Assembly: GCF_000092105.1 (NCBI RefSeq)
Contig: NC_014148.1
Span: 4,380,001-4,412,000, forward strand
Direction: 5' to 3'
DNA: 32,000 nt
From: Planctopirus limnophila DSM 3776
Lineage (GTDB): Bacteria > Planctomycetota > Planctomycetia > Planctomycetales > Planctomycetaceae
The notes under the pieces were generated by a model. It was not told the origin of the DNA. It ran no database searches and saw nothing but the letters and a program-made list of their open reading frames with translations. Position numbers and translations under genes: made by a program. Positions within the stretch are counted from its first letter, which is position 1, and each line of letters begins with the position of its first letter. This document shows, in pieces, positions 16,495 through 26,543 of the stretch.

Positions 16495-19155
16495 TCACTT
16501 TTTTGCTTCGTATAACCGGGGAGCACCACCTTCTCTCGGAACGCGGAATTCGGAACGTGAGCCGGGCATCAAGGTGTAGGTTTCGTAGGTCGAGCCCACC
16601 AGCCGGCGGTAGGTTAAAGGTGAGGCAATGCGATAGCGGTGTGTCTCACCAGGTTTGAGTGTGTAAGGCCCACCCCAGGCGACACCCAGACCTTTGGTTT
16701 CGTATGTAAAGGCTTCCTCGGACTTGTTGGTAATGCGAATGCTGGGGGTTTCGAGAGTCGCTGCCAGTTCTTCGTTCGTGGCCTGAATCTGACTGATCTG
16801 GTAACTCGCCTGCCCCAGTTGGACCGGAGGAAGTGCCGAGGCCGCTGCCTCTCCTGTGGAAATCCACTTGGTCCAGGACGAAGAGAGCTGGTCAGCCAGC
16901 AACTGATTCTCAATCGTCTGTTCATCCGTTTTGAAGTCGGGTGCATACTTGCCATTCGCAGTGACCTGAGTCTCCGCGGGGTAGACCAGTTGCAGCGTCG
17001 TTGTGCCATTCGGCAGGTCCTTCAAAACAACCTGTACTGGCATGGCAATCGACAATTCAAACTCGGCTGTGGGCTTGAAAGCAGCGGTCGCGTCGGTGCG
17101 TGTCCCCACTTTCAGTAAAGCCCGGTTGACCTTGAGAACCAGCGGAGCCGAGACCTTTTCTGAGGCTGGCAAGGCTCCCGCCAGATCACTCGCCGTGGCC
17201 AGTTGAATCGGTTCCGTCAGAACAAACACAGTGTTCGCTTCCCAACCTGCGGGGAGTTGTCGTAACCCTGGAAGGATTGTCTTCAGGAACTCAGGATCAG
17301 CCAGTTTGGCAAACGATGGTTCCGGTGCATCCATCACGTTGACCCGCGAAAGACCGCTGTCGATCGCCAACTGTGTGAGTGGCCCCAGAACCTCTGGAGA
17401 AACGGCCACACGCAGATCCAGACCTGGATCGATCTTCTTGACGGATAACTCACCCCCTTTGACAACTTCGGGACGAGCTGGTTTCGCCAAAGGATCCAGC
17501 GATGCGGCCTGAAGTGCCATCACCATGGAAACTCCCTGAGCGTCGGTCACAATCTCCTGGGGAATCAATCGCACTTGCGGAGTGCTGGTGGGCAATGGCC
17601 AGACGGCTGAGACCAGTGCACTGGCATCACCAAACGCATTGAGATTCAACTGGTTCTCCAGTTGAGCCACAATGGTAGGTGCGGCATTCCGGACTTCGCT
17701 TTCAATGCGTCCTTTGCGGCTGTAAAGACCACTCATCAGGTTTTCTCGCACCATCTCCTGCGTCAGACCAAATCCCTGGGCGGAAACATAGCCGGGCTGC
17801 GAGATCGACCAGTTATCGGGAGCAATGCTGAAAAAAACATTCAATGTCTGAAATCGCAGGCGTCCATTTTCCAGATAAGGCCGCACATCGACAGTCAGCC
17901 ACTCGGGTCGGTTGAAGCCCATGTAGATTCCAATAGCGCTGGTCTGGGCGGCATGCCGGGCACCGTTAATGTAAGTTCCACCAATGGTGAGGGTGGCGTT
18001 CCGCAGTCCCAGTTGAATCCGCAGTCGTTCGGGAGCAACCCCTTGAACCACGACTCGTTCCAGTCGAGCGCTATAGCTGATATTCGAGAACTGGACGCTG
18101 AACTGTCGGCCTGAGGCTGTTGTCGAATCAAAGATATCGGCAATTCGTCCATAGATAACACCGTTGTTACCCACCATTTGTGGTGCCGAAGCTGCGACGC
18201 TGTCGAGCACGCGATTGCCTAATCGCACCGCCATGGCACGGGGAATTTCGATAGCCGGTGTAAAGGGACGAGCAGCTTGTGAAGCGGCCAGCTTCGCCTT
18301 GGCAGCTGCGGTCGTGGGTTGATAGGCGGGTTTGGCAGCGGGGCTCTTCAGCCACTCAATGACCGAATCATTATTGAAGACTTCGTTCGTCAGATCGTGG
18401 CCAGATTCCGGGAACTCGGTGAATGTCACAGATCCGCCATCTGCGGCGAGAGCATCGGCCATGGCTTTGCCACTGGCTAGAGGAACCAGCTTATCTTTGG
18501 CACCGTGCAGTGCCCAGACGGGTGTATTTTTCAGCGGGCCGACATCTGCCGGGTTTCCACCGCCGGAAGCGATCAACACACTCTGGAAACGATCCGCATA
18601 CTTTTCGCCCAACGACCAGGCCCCAAAGCCACCCATTGACCAGCCGGCCAGTGTGATCTTTTTCGGGTCGATAGCAAAGTCTTTAGAAGCTGCATCGAGA
18701 ATGGCGATGGCGCGTTCGCCGCTGGGTGTTCCGGCCAGCCAGCCACCGGTTAATCGACCGGTTTCATCTTCACTTTGCGGGAAGACCACAATCATCGGGA
18801 AGGTCTCTCGTCGGGCCGTTACGGCTGGTCCCAGACCGACAGAGAGTGGCTTCAGACCATCTTTCCCAATCTCACCGGCTCCATGGAGGAAGAGGACAGT
18901 CGGGTATCGTTTGGTTGATTCGTAGCCTTTGGGAAGAAAGACCGTGTACTTGTGGGTTCCCAAATCGTCTTTGATTTCGCGTGTGTAGAACTGGCCGCTG
19001 GCTGCCAGCCCGGCTGGAACCTGTGCGACTGCCAATTGCTCAATAGTCAGCGGCAGGCCCGGATCAGCCGGGAATGGTTGTGCAAAGGCCTCGCGGCTAC
19101 CGGAAAAGCCCAGCAGGCTGATTGTCAGACTCAAGGAGATCCAGAGTTGTCTCAT
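16495..19155 (-). CDS. Secreted alpha/beta-hydrolase (esterase / COG4099-like predicted peptidase) fused to a ~600-aa C-terminal region of unknown function
   Basis: Signal peptide MRQLWISLSLTISLLGFSGSREAFAQ. Hydrolase motifs are VLFLHGAGEIGKDG, the nucleophile elbow GWSMGG (18628-18645), ALHGAKDKLVP and SGHD. I prefer ATG 19155 (AGGAAAG 6 nt upstream) over the track start at 19194. Confidence 0.75.
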   Translation of the reverse strand: MRQLWISLSLTISLLGFSGSREAFAQPFPADPGLPLTIEQLAVAQVPAGLAASGQFYTREIKDDLGTHKYTVFLPKGYESTKRYPTVLFLHGAGEIGKDGLKPLSVGLGPAVTARRETFPMIVVFPQSEDETGRLTGGWLAGTPSGERAIAILDAASKDFAIDPKKITLAGWSMGGFGAWSLGEKYADRFQSVLIASGGGNPADVGPLKNTPVWALHGAKDKLVPLASGKAMADALAADGGSVTFTEFPESGHDLTNEVFNNDSVIEWLKSPAAKPAYQPTTAAAKAKLAASQAARPFTPAIEIPRAMAVRLGNRVLDSVAASAPQMVGNNGVIYGRIADIFDSTTASGRQFSVQFSNISYSARLERVVVQGVAPERLRIQLGLRNATLTIGGTYINGARHAAQTSAIGIYMGFNRPEWLTVDVRPYLENGRLRFQTLNVFFSIAPDNWSISQPGYVSAQGFGLTQEMVRENLMSGLYSRKGRIESEVRNAAPTIVAQLENQLNLNAFGDASALVSAVWPLPTSTPQVRLIPQEIVTDAQGVSMVMALQAASLDPLAKPARPEVVKGGELSVKKIDPGLDLRVAVSPEVLGPLTQLAIDSGLSRVNVMDAPEPSFAKLADPEFLKTILPGLRQLPAGWEANTVFVLTEPIQLATASDLAGALPASEKVSAPLVLKVNRALLKVGTRTDATAAFKPTAEFELSIAMPVQVVLKDLPNGTTTLQLVYPAETQVTANGKYAPDFKTDEQTIENQLLADQLSSSWTKWISTGEAAASALPPVQLGQASYQISQIQATNEELAATLETPSIRITNKSEEAFTYETKGLGVAWGGPYTLKPGETHRYRIASPLTYRRLVGSTYETYTLMPGSRSEFRVPREGGAPRLYEAKK

Positions 19156-20110
19156 GATATCTTTCCTGATGTGCATGTTTTCCGCTGGGTGCATGTTTTC
19201 GCTGCGAATCAGAGGTGCCAGTTTTCAGAGTTTTCTAGCTATTCCCACCAGGCTATTCCACCGGGCTAACGATTCGACTGCCGGCCTGGTCAGAAATCAT
19301 TTCCTGAATTGGCAGAAGAGCATTCTACGGGGAAATACCGATCTCACCTCACAACCTTTACACCACTGAAATTGTTACATTGTTCTCGCAGTGCCACAGA
19401 TTGATTCAAAAGGATTTTTGGGGCCGCCTGACAGGTTTCTGGCGTTTGGAGCCCGATGCGTAAGATCATAGGCTCCGTCTTCTTTGAGATGTTGCCAAAA
19501 CACCACACGGCGTCAAAGTCAGCGAATCTTTACAGAATTGCGCAATTATCACAGTCTTGTGTCTGCACGACTGAACAGATTTGTGCAGTTCTCTTGACAC
19601 TTTACCGGAAAAATCGTCTGTAACGGCTGTTCTCTCACCGAATATCGTCTCGATGACAACTTTTTCAGGAGCAAGTGATCGGGCCATCTCGTGGGATCAG
19701 CAACTCCAGTGAGCAGGGCCTGATCAACAAGTCTCTACAGATGCTAATCGCGATGCAGAAAACTGTTCGATCCCATCGTCAAAGACAATCCCTCGAAAAT
19801 TCATCGATACAGAGTCTTCCCCGGAGCAAAAGTGCCACAAAGGCTGTCAATTCTTCCAGCTCCAGCAACTTCGTGAACCCAGGCGCTTGTATCGGAGTGC
19901 GCAGTTTTGGAGACTGATTTGTGGGGAAGTCACTTGTCAGTTTGGTCAATGACTGGCAACGGAAGGCTTCCTCAGACCATGTTTCTGTCGTCCATGCTGA
20001 GGTTGTTCCTGTCGATTTGGCCTTCTGTTTCAAAGTGAAAATCTGGTTTCGGGGTTCATTGACTCCCAATAAGCAATGCAGTCCCCTTTTCCGACTCGTC
20101 AGGACGAGAA

Positions 20111-23100
20111 ATGCCCGCCGAGAATAGACCGGCATCACCGAAGTCTCCCGAGAGCGCGCCCAAAGATGCGACGCCTGTCTCTATTCCTATTGTCTCTGCC
20201 CGCGAACGTTTGGATGCTCTCAAAGAACTCGGCCGCTACAAAATCGAGCGCAAGCTCGGTCAGGGAGGCATGGGAACTGTCTTCTTGGCCAGGGATACGG
20301 AACTGAAACGTCTGGCTGCGATCAAGATCCTACCCGAAGACAAAGCCCAGAACCCGATTCTTGTCAAACGCTTCCGTGCCGAAGCCCAGGCAGCGGCTCA
20401 ACTGCGACACGACAACATTGTGACAGTCTATGACAGTGGTGAGCAGGATGGGTTGCTTTACATTGCCATGGAATATGTCGATGGCCCGGATGTCTTTGAC
20501 CTGATTCAAAAGCGCGGACGCATTGCTCCCCGCAGATCGTTGGACATCATCCGCCAGACCACACTGGCGCTGCAGCATGCTTACGAAAAGAATATTGTTC
20601 ATCGAGATATCAAACCCTCGAACCTGATGATCCGGCGGGATGGTGTTGTCAAAATCACCGATCTGGGTCTGGCCCGTTCGATTGATGAAACACTCGAAAC
20701 AAATATCACGCGTGCCGGTACCACGGTCGGCACGGTCGATTACATGTCTCCCGAGCAAGCCCGCAACAGCAAGCTGGCCGATATCCGCAGTGATATCTAT
20801 TCACTGGGGTGCACCTGGTATCACATGCTCACAGGGACAGCTCCTTATGCCGAAGGTGCTGTCACCAACAAATTGCATGCACATGCGGTCAAACCCATTC
20901 CTGATCCACGCGATATCAATCCCGAGGTTCCTGAAGGTTTTGTCGCGGTTCTGCAGCGGATGATGGCGAAAAAGCCAGCCGACCGATATCAGACGCCTGC
21001 TGAACTTCTCAAAGATCTCGATGCCCCTTCACTGAAGCGAGTCAGTGCGGCTGATGAAATTGCCCGCGAAGTGGCGCGAGAACTGGAATCTGATGAAGCT
21101 CTGACGCCTGCCAGGGAAAACGTTTCCAGTTCCGGTCGACAAAAACTTGCCACTGCTGGAGGACAATCGTCGTCGGGTGGGTACTCGCGACCCGTTGAAC
21201 ATCGAGAATCCCGAAATGCCGATGGCCGGGAAGAAGGTCATAAGCCCTCGACCTTGCCACCCCGGCGTGCACCGGCTGGGGGCGATCCTTCCACCCCGAT
21301 TTCTTTTGACTTCCGCAAGCTCGTCATCCCACTGGTGGCGATTGCAGGTGTGGGAGCACTCATCTGGTTCGGAAAGACATTGGCCGATTTTGGCAATGTC
21401 TTTGGACTTGGCAGCACACCCGTACCGGCACCCGTACAGGGTTCATTCTTTGAAAACAATGGATCAGAGACGGAAGTCACCACTCCCACTCAGGTGACAC
21501 CGGCTGAAGCTGCAGCCGGTGCAAACCAGTCTGCGACAGGTACGAATCCATCGACAGGTCAGAATTCCGCTCAAGCTCAACAGGCCGGGGCAAGCAACAA
21601 CATGTCTCCGGCCACGACGGCTCCGCTCATCGTGCCTGAGCAAGCGAGAATTGCGGAAGTTCCCAAACCCTCGCTGACAGAACTTCCCCGCTGGACACTC
21701 GAACCTTTTTCTCAAACCGGTTTGCCAGTGATTACTGTCTCTACCTCGGCAACCGGCCCGGGGACAGCCAAAACCATCACTGAAGCGATCAAACGAATTC
21801 CTCCGGCAGGCGCGATCCTGAAGCTCTCCTCGAAAGAGCGTCACGACCTTCCCGCTGGCTTATCCATTCGCACCGAACGGCTGCTGATTACGGGTGATCA
21901 AGGCTTTGCCACAATTCATCTGCTCCCCGAATCTGATGCTTCATCCGAGACCTCGGGAAAGAAAAACACCACAGGCGAAGCTGCTCCAGGAAATGGCGTT
22001 AAGCCACTCGTCTCTGGCCTGACCATCATTTCTAAACAAGTGCAGTTGGAAAAATTGCACTGGCTGGCGGAGGCGGATGTCTCAACGAGCCTGAATGCAC
22101 TGGTTCGTGTTGAATCCCCCCGGCTGACAGTCCGTGAATCCTCAATGACGGCCCTCCTCGGATCCAATGCCAATCAAGAGCGTGCGCCGGAGAGTCTGCT
22201 CACTGCAGTTGACTGGCAGAACACAGCGAACGGTGCCACGTTCGACCGTGGCGGACAATTGCTGATCGATACGTTGTTCACTCGTGGTGCACAACTGGGG
22301 GCAGTCTCCATTTCTGGCGGTGCCAGCCAGAGCGTGCTGAGGCAATCCTTGTTTTTAGGTGGTGCTGTTCCGCTGGTGCGAATGAATCCTGCCGGTTCGA
22401 ACGGCAGCCCGAATGTCGGCACCAATGGGTCCGAAGTTCGCCGGGCATTGCTTCTCCAGCACGTCACCGCTTTGACGAGTGATTCGATCGTTGAGATTAA
22501 GCCACCTGCCGATGGTCAACCTGTTGATGGTTTGTGGCTGGGTCTGTCGGAGAGCGTGTTTGCTGGGATGTCGACAGGTAAGAAGACTTCATCGCTGATT
22601 CGAGCGGCTGGTTGGCCGCAGAATCCGAATCGTCAGGCCGATGAATCGCGCCTTGTCGATTTTTCGATTGCCAGCGAACGCAACCTGTGTTGTGGATTAT
22701 CGAGATTATACGACTCGGGTGAAAGCACAGGGCTGCAGGTGACAGACCCTCTGACCTGGAGAAGATTCTTTGCCACTGATTTTGATGGGCAGGCTCGACC
22801 AGAGTTGTGGCCTGGGAATTCACTCCCGGTGAATCCTGCTGAAATCGAAAAATGGTCGCCGGCACTGGTCGATACATCGGCCATCCCAGACGCTCCGCTC
22901 TCGAAAATCTCAGCCATACTGGGCTGTGATGTCACTCTTCTTTCGACCCCAGCTTTGACCGATCAGAGTTGGTCAAAAGTTTCGACACCACTGCTCAAAC
23001 TCAGGCAGCAACTGGACCCTGCAAATCCTAAAGAGACGACCACACTCGATCTTGCCACTTACGGGAACGATCTGGGCCAGCTCCTTTCGCGGTCGGATAT

Positions 23101-24232
23101 ACCTCAGAACGGGCATCTGGAAATCACCGGGTTTGGCATCAGGACGATGACCCCTGTCATTCTCAAGAATCGACGGCTGATCCTCACGTTTAACTCTCCG
23201 CCGGATAAAGCCCCGCTGGTCATCCAACCCAAACCTGCTGGTGATAAGAAAGGCCTCTTTGAAGTCGAGGGAGGCTCGCTGGAAATTCGTCATGCAGTTC
23301 TAAGAGGAGTTGGCGGTGGAAAACCGGCACCCGAGAACTTTTTCGTCAGTCGAGGTGGCACCATCATCTGCCGCCATGTGAAAATCGAAGGCGGGATGAC
23401 CGAAGACTGGCAACCGAAAGATATCTTCCATTTGACCGGCAGTGGCAAAGGCGAACTCAATCTGGGCTTTGTCGAATCCGTGGCTCAATCTCCCGGTCGA
23501 TTTGCAGCTTTGCAAGGTGTGCAATCTTCAGCCCTGCTGCTGCAATCTGGCATTGTGAGTGGTGTGGCCAATTTTCATGTGGAGCCGGGTCTTTCGAGTG
23601 GTACAGACTGGCATCAGATCGATCTCAGGCATGCGACGTTATTGGCAGGAGAAGGTGTTTTTCGCCTGTTTGGCACCGCAGAGGATTTTCGCTATCCACC
23701 GGTCATCACACCGGATGATCAGCGGAAGTCAAAGCCCCAGGGCAGTGTTCGCATCGTGACAGATACCAGTATCCTGGGGAAACTCAGTGGCTTTGGCCGC
23801 TCGGGCCAGCCGGCGGCACTGATCGAAGTTCCCGAACTGGCCGATCTCACCCGCTGGGCTGAATGGCATAGTCGTGAAACAGCGATCGGGCCACTCCCTG
23901 ATCTGCTGATTCGCTCAGCCAGACGACAGATTCCCCTGGAATCCACTGCGTGGCAAAAAGCGTGGACGAACCCCTCGAACACCAATCTGATCATGTCACC
24001 CGGGTTCGTGACGTTTGCGAAAAACTGGCCCTCGCAGCCGCGAGAATGGAAAGAGTTGCTCGCCAGCCAATTCCAGCTTTCTGCTGCTGCCAAAGCCGCT
24101 AAAGCGGGCGAGGGAGAACTCCCCCTGGGTGTCACGATGGAGGCGCTGGAGGAAATTGGCCCGCTCAAGAAAGGGAAGCCCGCCGCTACCAACACAGAGA
24201 AGTCGAATACCAAAACCAATCCCGGTTTTTAG
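20111..24232 (+). CDS. Membrane-anchored Hanks-type Ser/Thr protein kinase with a ~950-aa extracytoplasmic region
   Basis: Kinase motifs: LGQGGMGTVFLA (G-loop), AAIKIL, HRDIKPSNLMI (20600-20623), DLGLAR and GTVDYMSPEQ. A single TM helix LVIPLVAIAGVGALIWFG lies at about 21323-21376. It is followed by an Ala/Gln/Ser/Thr-rich low-complexity linker and a long unrecognised domain. Confidence 0.9.
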   Translation: MPAENRPASPKSPESAPKDATPVSIPIVSARERLDALKELGRYKIERKLGQGGMGTVFLARDTELKRLAAIKILPEDKAQNPILVKRFRAEAQAAAQLRHDNIVTVYDSGEQDGLLYIAMEYVDGPDVFDLIQKRGRIAPRRSLDIIRQTTLALQHAYEKNIVHRDIKPSNLMIRRDGVVKITDLGLARSIDETLETNITRAGTTVGTVDYMSPEQARNSKLADIRSDIYSLGCTWYHMLTGTAPYAEGAVTNKLHAHAVKPIPDPRDINPEVPEGFVAVLQRMMAKKPADRYQTPAELLKDLDAPSLKRVSAADEIAREVARELESDEALTPARENVSSSGRQKLATAGGQSSSGGYSRPVEHRESRNADGREEGHKPSTLPPRRAPAGGDPSTPISFDFRKLVIPLVAIAGVGALIWFGKTLADFGNVFGLGSTPVPAPVQGSFFENNGSETEVTTPTQVTPAEAAAGANQSATGTNPSTGQNSAQAQQAGASNNMSPATTAPLIVPEQARIAEVPKPSLTELPRWTLEPFSQTGLPVITVSTSATGPGTAKTITEAIKRIPPAGAILKLSSKERHDLPAGLSIRTERLLITGDQGFATIHLLPESDASSETSGKKNTTGEAAPGNGVKPLVSGLTIISKQVQLEKLHWLAEADVSTSLNALVRVESPRLTVRESSMTALLGSNANQERAPESLLTAVDWQNTANGATFDRGGQLLIDTLFTRGAQLGAVSISGGASQSVLRQSLFLGGAVPLVRMNPAGSNGSPNVGTNGSEVRRALLLQHVTALTSDSIVEIKPPADGQPVDGLWLGLSESVFAGMSTGKKTSSLIRAAGWPQNPNRQADESRLVDFSIASERNLCCGLSRLYDSGESTGLQVTDPLTWRRFFATDFDGQARPELWPGNSLPVNPAEIEKWSPALVDTSAIPDAPLSKISAILGCDVTLLSTPALTDQSWSKVSTPLLKLRQQLDPANPKETTTLDLATYGNDLGQLLSRSDIPQNGHLEITGFGIRTMTPVILKNRRLILTFNSPPDKAPLVIQPKPAGDKKGLFEVEGGSLEIRHAVLRGVGGGKPAPENFFVSRGGTIICRHVKIEGGMTEDWQPKDIFHLTGSGKGELNLGFVESVAQSPGRFAALQGVQSSALLLQSGIVSGVANFHVEPGLSSGTDWHQIDLRHATLLAGEGVFRLFGTAEDFRYPPVITPDDQRKSKPQGSVRIVTDTSILGKLSGFGRSGQPAALIEVPELADLTRWAEWHSRETAIGPLPDLLIRSARRQIPLESTAWQKAWTNPSNTNLIMSPGFVTFAKNWPSQPREWKELLASQFQLSAAAKAAKAGEGELPLGVTMEALEEIGPLKKGKPAATNTEKSNTKTNPGF

Positions 24233-24442
24233 AGTCGATCACCAGCCTCATCCTCGAACAAAAACTTTCCTGAGGAGATAGAGGATGATGAGAATGAAAT
24301 TCAGATTAGGTTTGTTTTTGATTTACCGCTAAACTTTGACCAGAATTCAGTAGTCCACATGATTTATCAACCGCCATCGACCGTTCGATGCTCTTCAAAA
24401 ATTCAACAGTCACCAGCTCATCTTCACTGCGGAGAATCTTCT

Positions 24443-25396
24443 ATGAATGGCTCACCCGTTGCGGATCATCCCCTTTTCCCTTCGGCTCTGGCACAACGTG
24501 GCCCGTCCCGAAGTCGCAGTGGATTTACTCTCATTGAACTGCTGGTGGTGATCGCCATTATTGCCCTGCTGATCGCCCTGCTATTACCTGCCGTTCAACA
24601 GGCACGCGAAGCCGCTCGGCGTACTCAATGCCTGAGTGCTCTGCATAACCTGATTCTGGCCTTCGAGAACTACGAAAGTGCCCATCGTTCCTATCCTTCC
24701 GGGTGGCTCGATTCTGGCAATGTGTGTACCGAAGCACTTTCCTTTCCTGAACCTGCTCAAATTCCCCTCGCTGGCAATCAGGTGCTCACTTTGACCAACT
24801 GGACCATGCCCGATTTCTGGGCCTGGAATGCTCTGGTCCTGGCACAGCTCGACCAATCGACCATCAATATCAACTTTGGCATCCCCCGGCTCGATTCCAA
24901 TAATAGTTGCACGCCAGTCGCCCAGAATCTGCAGGCCGCACAGACCAAGATCGATATCTTTATCTGCCCCAGTGCGACATTGCCCAATGCTCGCCCGAAC
25001 AACTACGGTTACTCCACCTACCGTGGTGCTGCCGGTACCTCGGATTCCAATGGCCCCCGCTACAATGGCATGCTCTATCGCAACAGTGCCGTCGGCAAGC
25101 GCGATGTGACAGATGGCCTGGGCCAGACGATTGTCGTTGGCGATTCGCTCTTTGGCTTCTGGTCGGATGGTTACAGCTGCTGCGTTTCTTACCCGGATGG
25201 TCAGCAACAATTGTTTGATTTCCATGCCGCCAATGGAACAATCAACCTGTTCTCCTTTGGCAGCAATCATGGCCAGATTGCTAACTTTGCAATGGCCGAT
25301 GGTTCTGGTAAGTCGATCTCAAAAGCCATCGACAGCACGATCTTCCGCGCTTTGCAGACACGCAATGGCCGCGAGAATGTTGGCGACAACTTCTAA
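24443..25396 (+). CDS. DUF1559 / prepilin-type H-X9-DG protein (paralog 2)
   Basis: The N-terminus is [40 protein letters not shown]. The C-terminus [24 protein letters not shown] gives H-X9-DG at 25268-25303. I prefer ATG 24443 (GGAGA at 24431-24435) over the track start at 24359. Confidence 0.9.
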   Translation: MNGSPVADHPLFPSALAQRGPSRSRSGFTLIELLVVIAIIALLIALLLPAVQQAREAARRTQCLSALHNLILAFENYESAHRSYPSGWLDSGNVCTEALSFPEPAQIPLAGNQVLTLTNWTMPDFWAWNALVLAQLDQSTININFGIPRLDSNNSCTPVAQNLQAAQTKIDIFICPSATLPNARPNNYGYSTYRGAAGTSDSNGPRYNGMLYRNSAVGKRDVTDGLGQTIVVGDSLFGFWSDGYSCCVSYPDGQQQLFDFHAANGTINLFSFGSNHGQIANFAMADGSGKSISKAIDSTIFRALQTRNGRENVGDNF

Positions 25397-25439
25397 CGGC
25401 CCGGCCATCGACATGTTTTCATCGCTGGCTGAGAAAATC

Positions 25440-25476
25440 CTGGCGGCTACCAGAGTGGGAGCCGCCAGATTTTTTT
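25440..25476 (+). terminator. Rho-independent terminator
   Basis: Stem ctggcggc (25440-25447) / gccgccag (25461-25468), a 13-nt loop, then a-ttttttt. It sits 44 nt after the stop at 25396. Confidence 0.8.
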
Positions 25477-25513
25477 GATCAGGTCACTCCAATTCAAAGA
25501 AAGCTCTTTCGAA

Positions 25514-26488
25514 ATGCCTGCACCTCTTTCACGCCGGGAATGGATCGCCACCACGGCAGCGACTGCTATCACTGCAGGAGCGGCATTCACTTCACAGCCA
25601 GCTCATGCCGCCGGAGTCGATTGGCAAGTGCAAGATGCCCCCCCAAAAGCTGCGCGCAGGCAACCGATTGGCGTTTCGACCTATTCCTTCTGGCAGTTCA
25701 AACCAGATCAGAAACTTTCGATTGAAGAGTGCATTCAGAAATCTTCCGCCTACGGCTTTGATGGTGTCGAGATTCTGCACCGGCAGATGACTGACGAAAC
25801 ATCCGCGGGCTTGCGCTCCATCAAGCAAGTGGCCCTGCGAGAAGGCATTCCGCTGATTGGACTTTCGACCCATCAGACATTTGTCTCTCCCAAGCCTGAA
25901 GTGCGTACAAAGAATATCGAGCACACGATTCATTGCCTCGAACTGGCACACGACCTGGGCATTCCCACCATTCGCGTCAACACCGGCACCTGGGGAACAC
26001 GCAAGAACTTCGACGACCTGATGGCTCACAAAGGGATCGAGGAAGTTCTGGAAGGCTACACCGTTGATCAAGGTTTTGAATGGGTGATCGATGCGTTTGG
26101 TGAATGTGCCCGGGCTGCGGAAAAGCTGGGTGTGGTGATGGGACTGGAAAATCACTGGGGGCTGGGCCGCACGGCCGAAGGGGTGTTGCGGGTGATTGAT
26201 GCGGTCAAATCTCCGTGGCTGGAGGCGACGGTCGATACGGGCAACTTTCTGGAAGAGCAGTACACGCAATTCGAAAAACTGTTGCCGCACGCCGTGCTGA
26301 TACAGGCCAAGACTTATTACGGCGGCGGGAACTGGTACACACTCGACCTCGATTACGCCCGCTATGCACAGTTAATCAAGGCCTCAGGATACCGCGGATT
26401 TGTCTCGCTGGAATTCGAGGGCAAAGCGAATGCTTCCGTAGCCATACCACAAAGCCTCGCGATGCTCCGCGCAGCCTTTGCAGGGTAA
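25514..26488 (+). CDS. Xylose-isomerase-like TIM-barrel protein (sugar phosphate isomerase/epimerase family) with a Tat-type signal
   Basis: MPAPLSRREWIATTAATAITAGAAFTSQPAHA carries a twin-Arg followed by a hydrophobic stretch. The body has FDGVEI...LGIPTIRVNTG...GLENHWG...DTGNF, typical of the AP-endonuclease-2/xylose-isomerase TIM fold. Confidence 0.75.
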   Translation: MPAPLSRREWIATTAATAITAGAAFTSQPAHAAGVDWQVQDAPPKAARRQPIGVSTYSFWQFKPDQKLSIEECIQKSSAYGFDGVEILHRQMTDETSAGLRSIKQVALREGIPLIGLSTHQTFVSPKPEVRTKNIEHTIHCLELAHDLGIPTIRVNTGTWGTRKNFDDLMAHKGIEEVLEGYTVDQGFEWVIDAFGECARAAEKLGVVMGLENHWGLGRTAEGVLRVIDAVKSPWLEATVDTGNFLEEQYTQFEKLLPHAVLIQAKTYYGGGNWYTLDLDYARYAQLIKASGYRGFVSLEFEGKANASVAIPQSLAMLRAAFAG

Positions 26489-26543
26489 GACGGCGTGATG
26501 TTTGACGCCAGCTACACTGAGGAGTTGCCAGACAAATGGTACA

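Noticed and set aside
18332-18925. 197-aa plus-strand ORF, with other 60-160-aa ORFs across 16614-19269
   Set aside because: All are antisense or out-of-frame shadows within the 899-aa hydrolase gene.
24584-25270. 228-aa minus-strand ORF
   Set aside because: It is antisense to DUF1559 paralog 2, whose N- and C-terminal family motifs are unambiguous. It has no motifs and odd composition.
25592-26290. 232-aa minus-strand ORF
   Set aside because: It is antisense to the TIM-barrel gene. Its Arg/Phe/Gln-rich translation is typical of a shadow frame.
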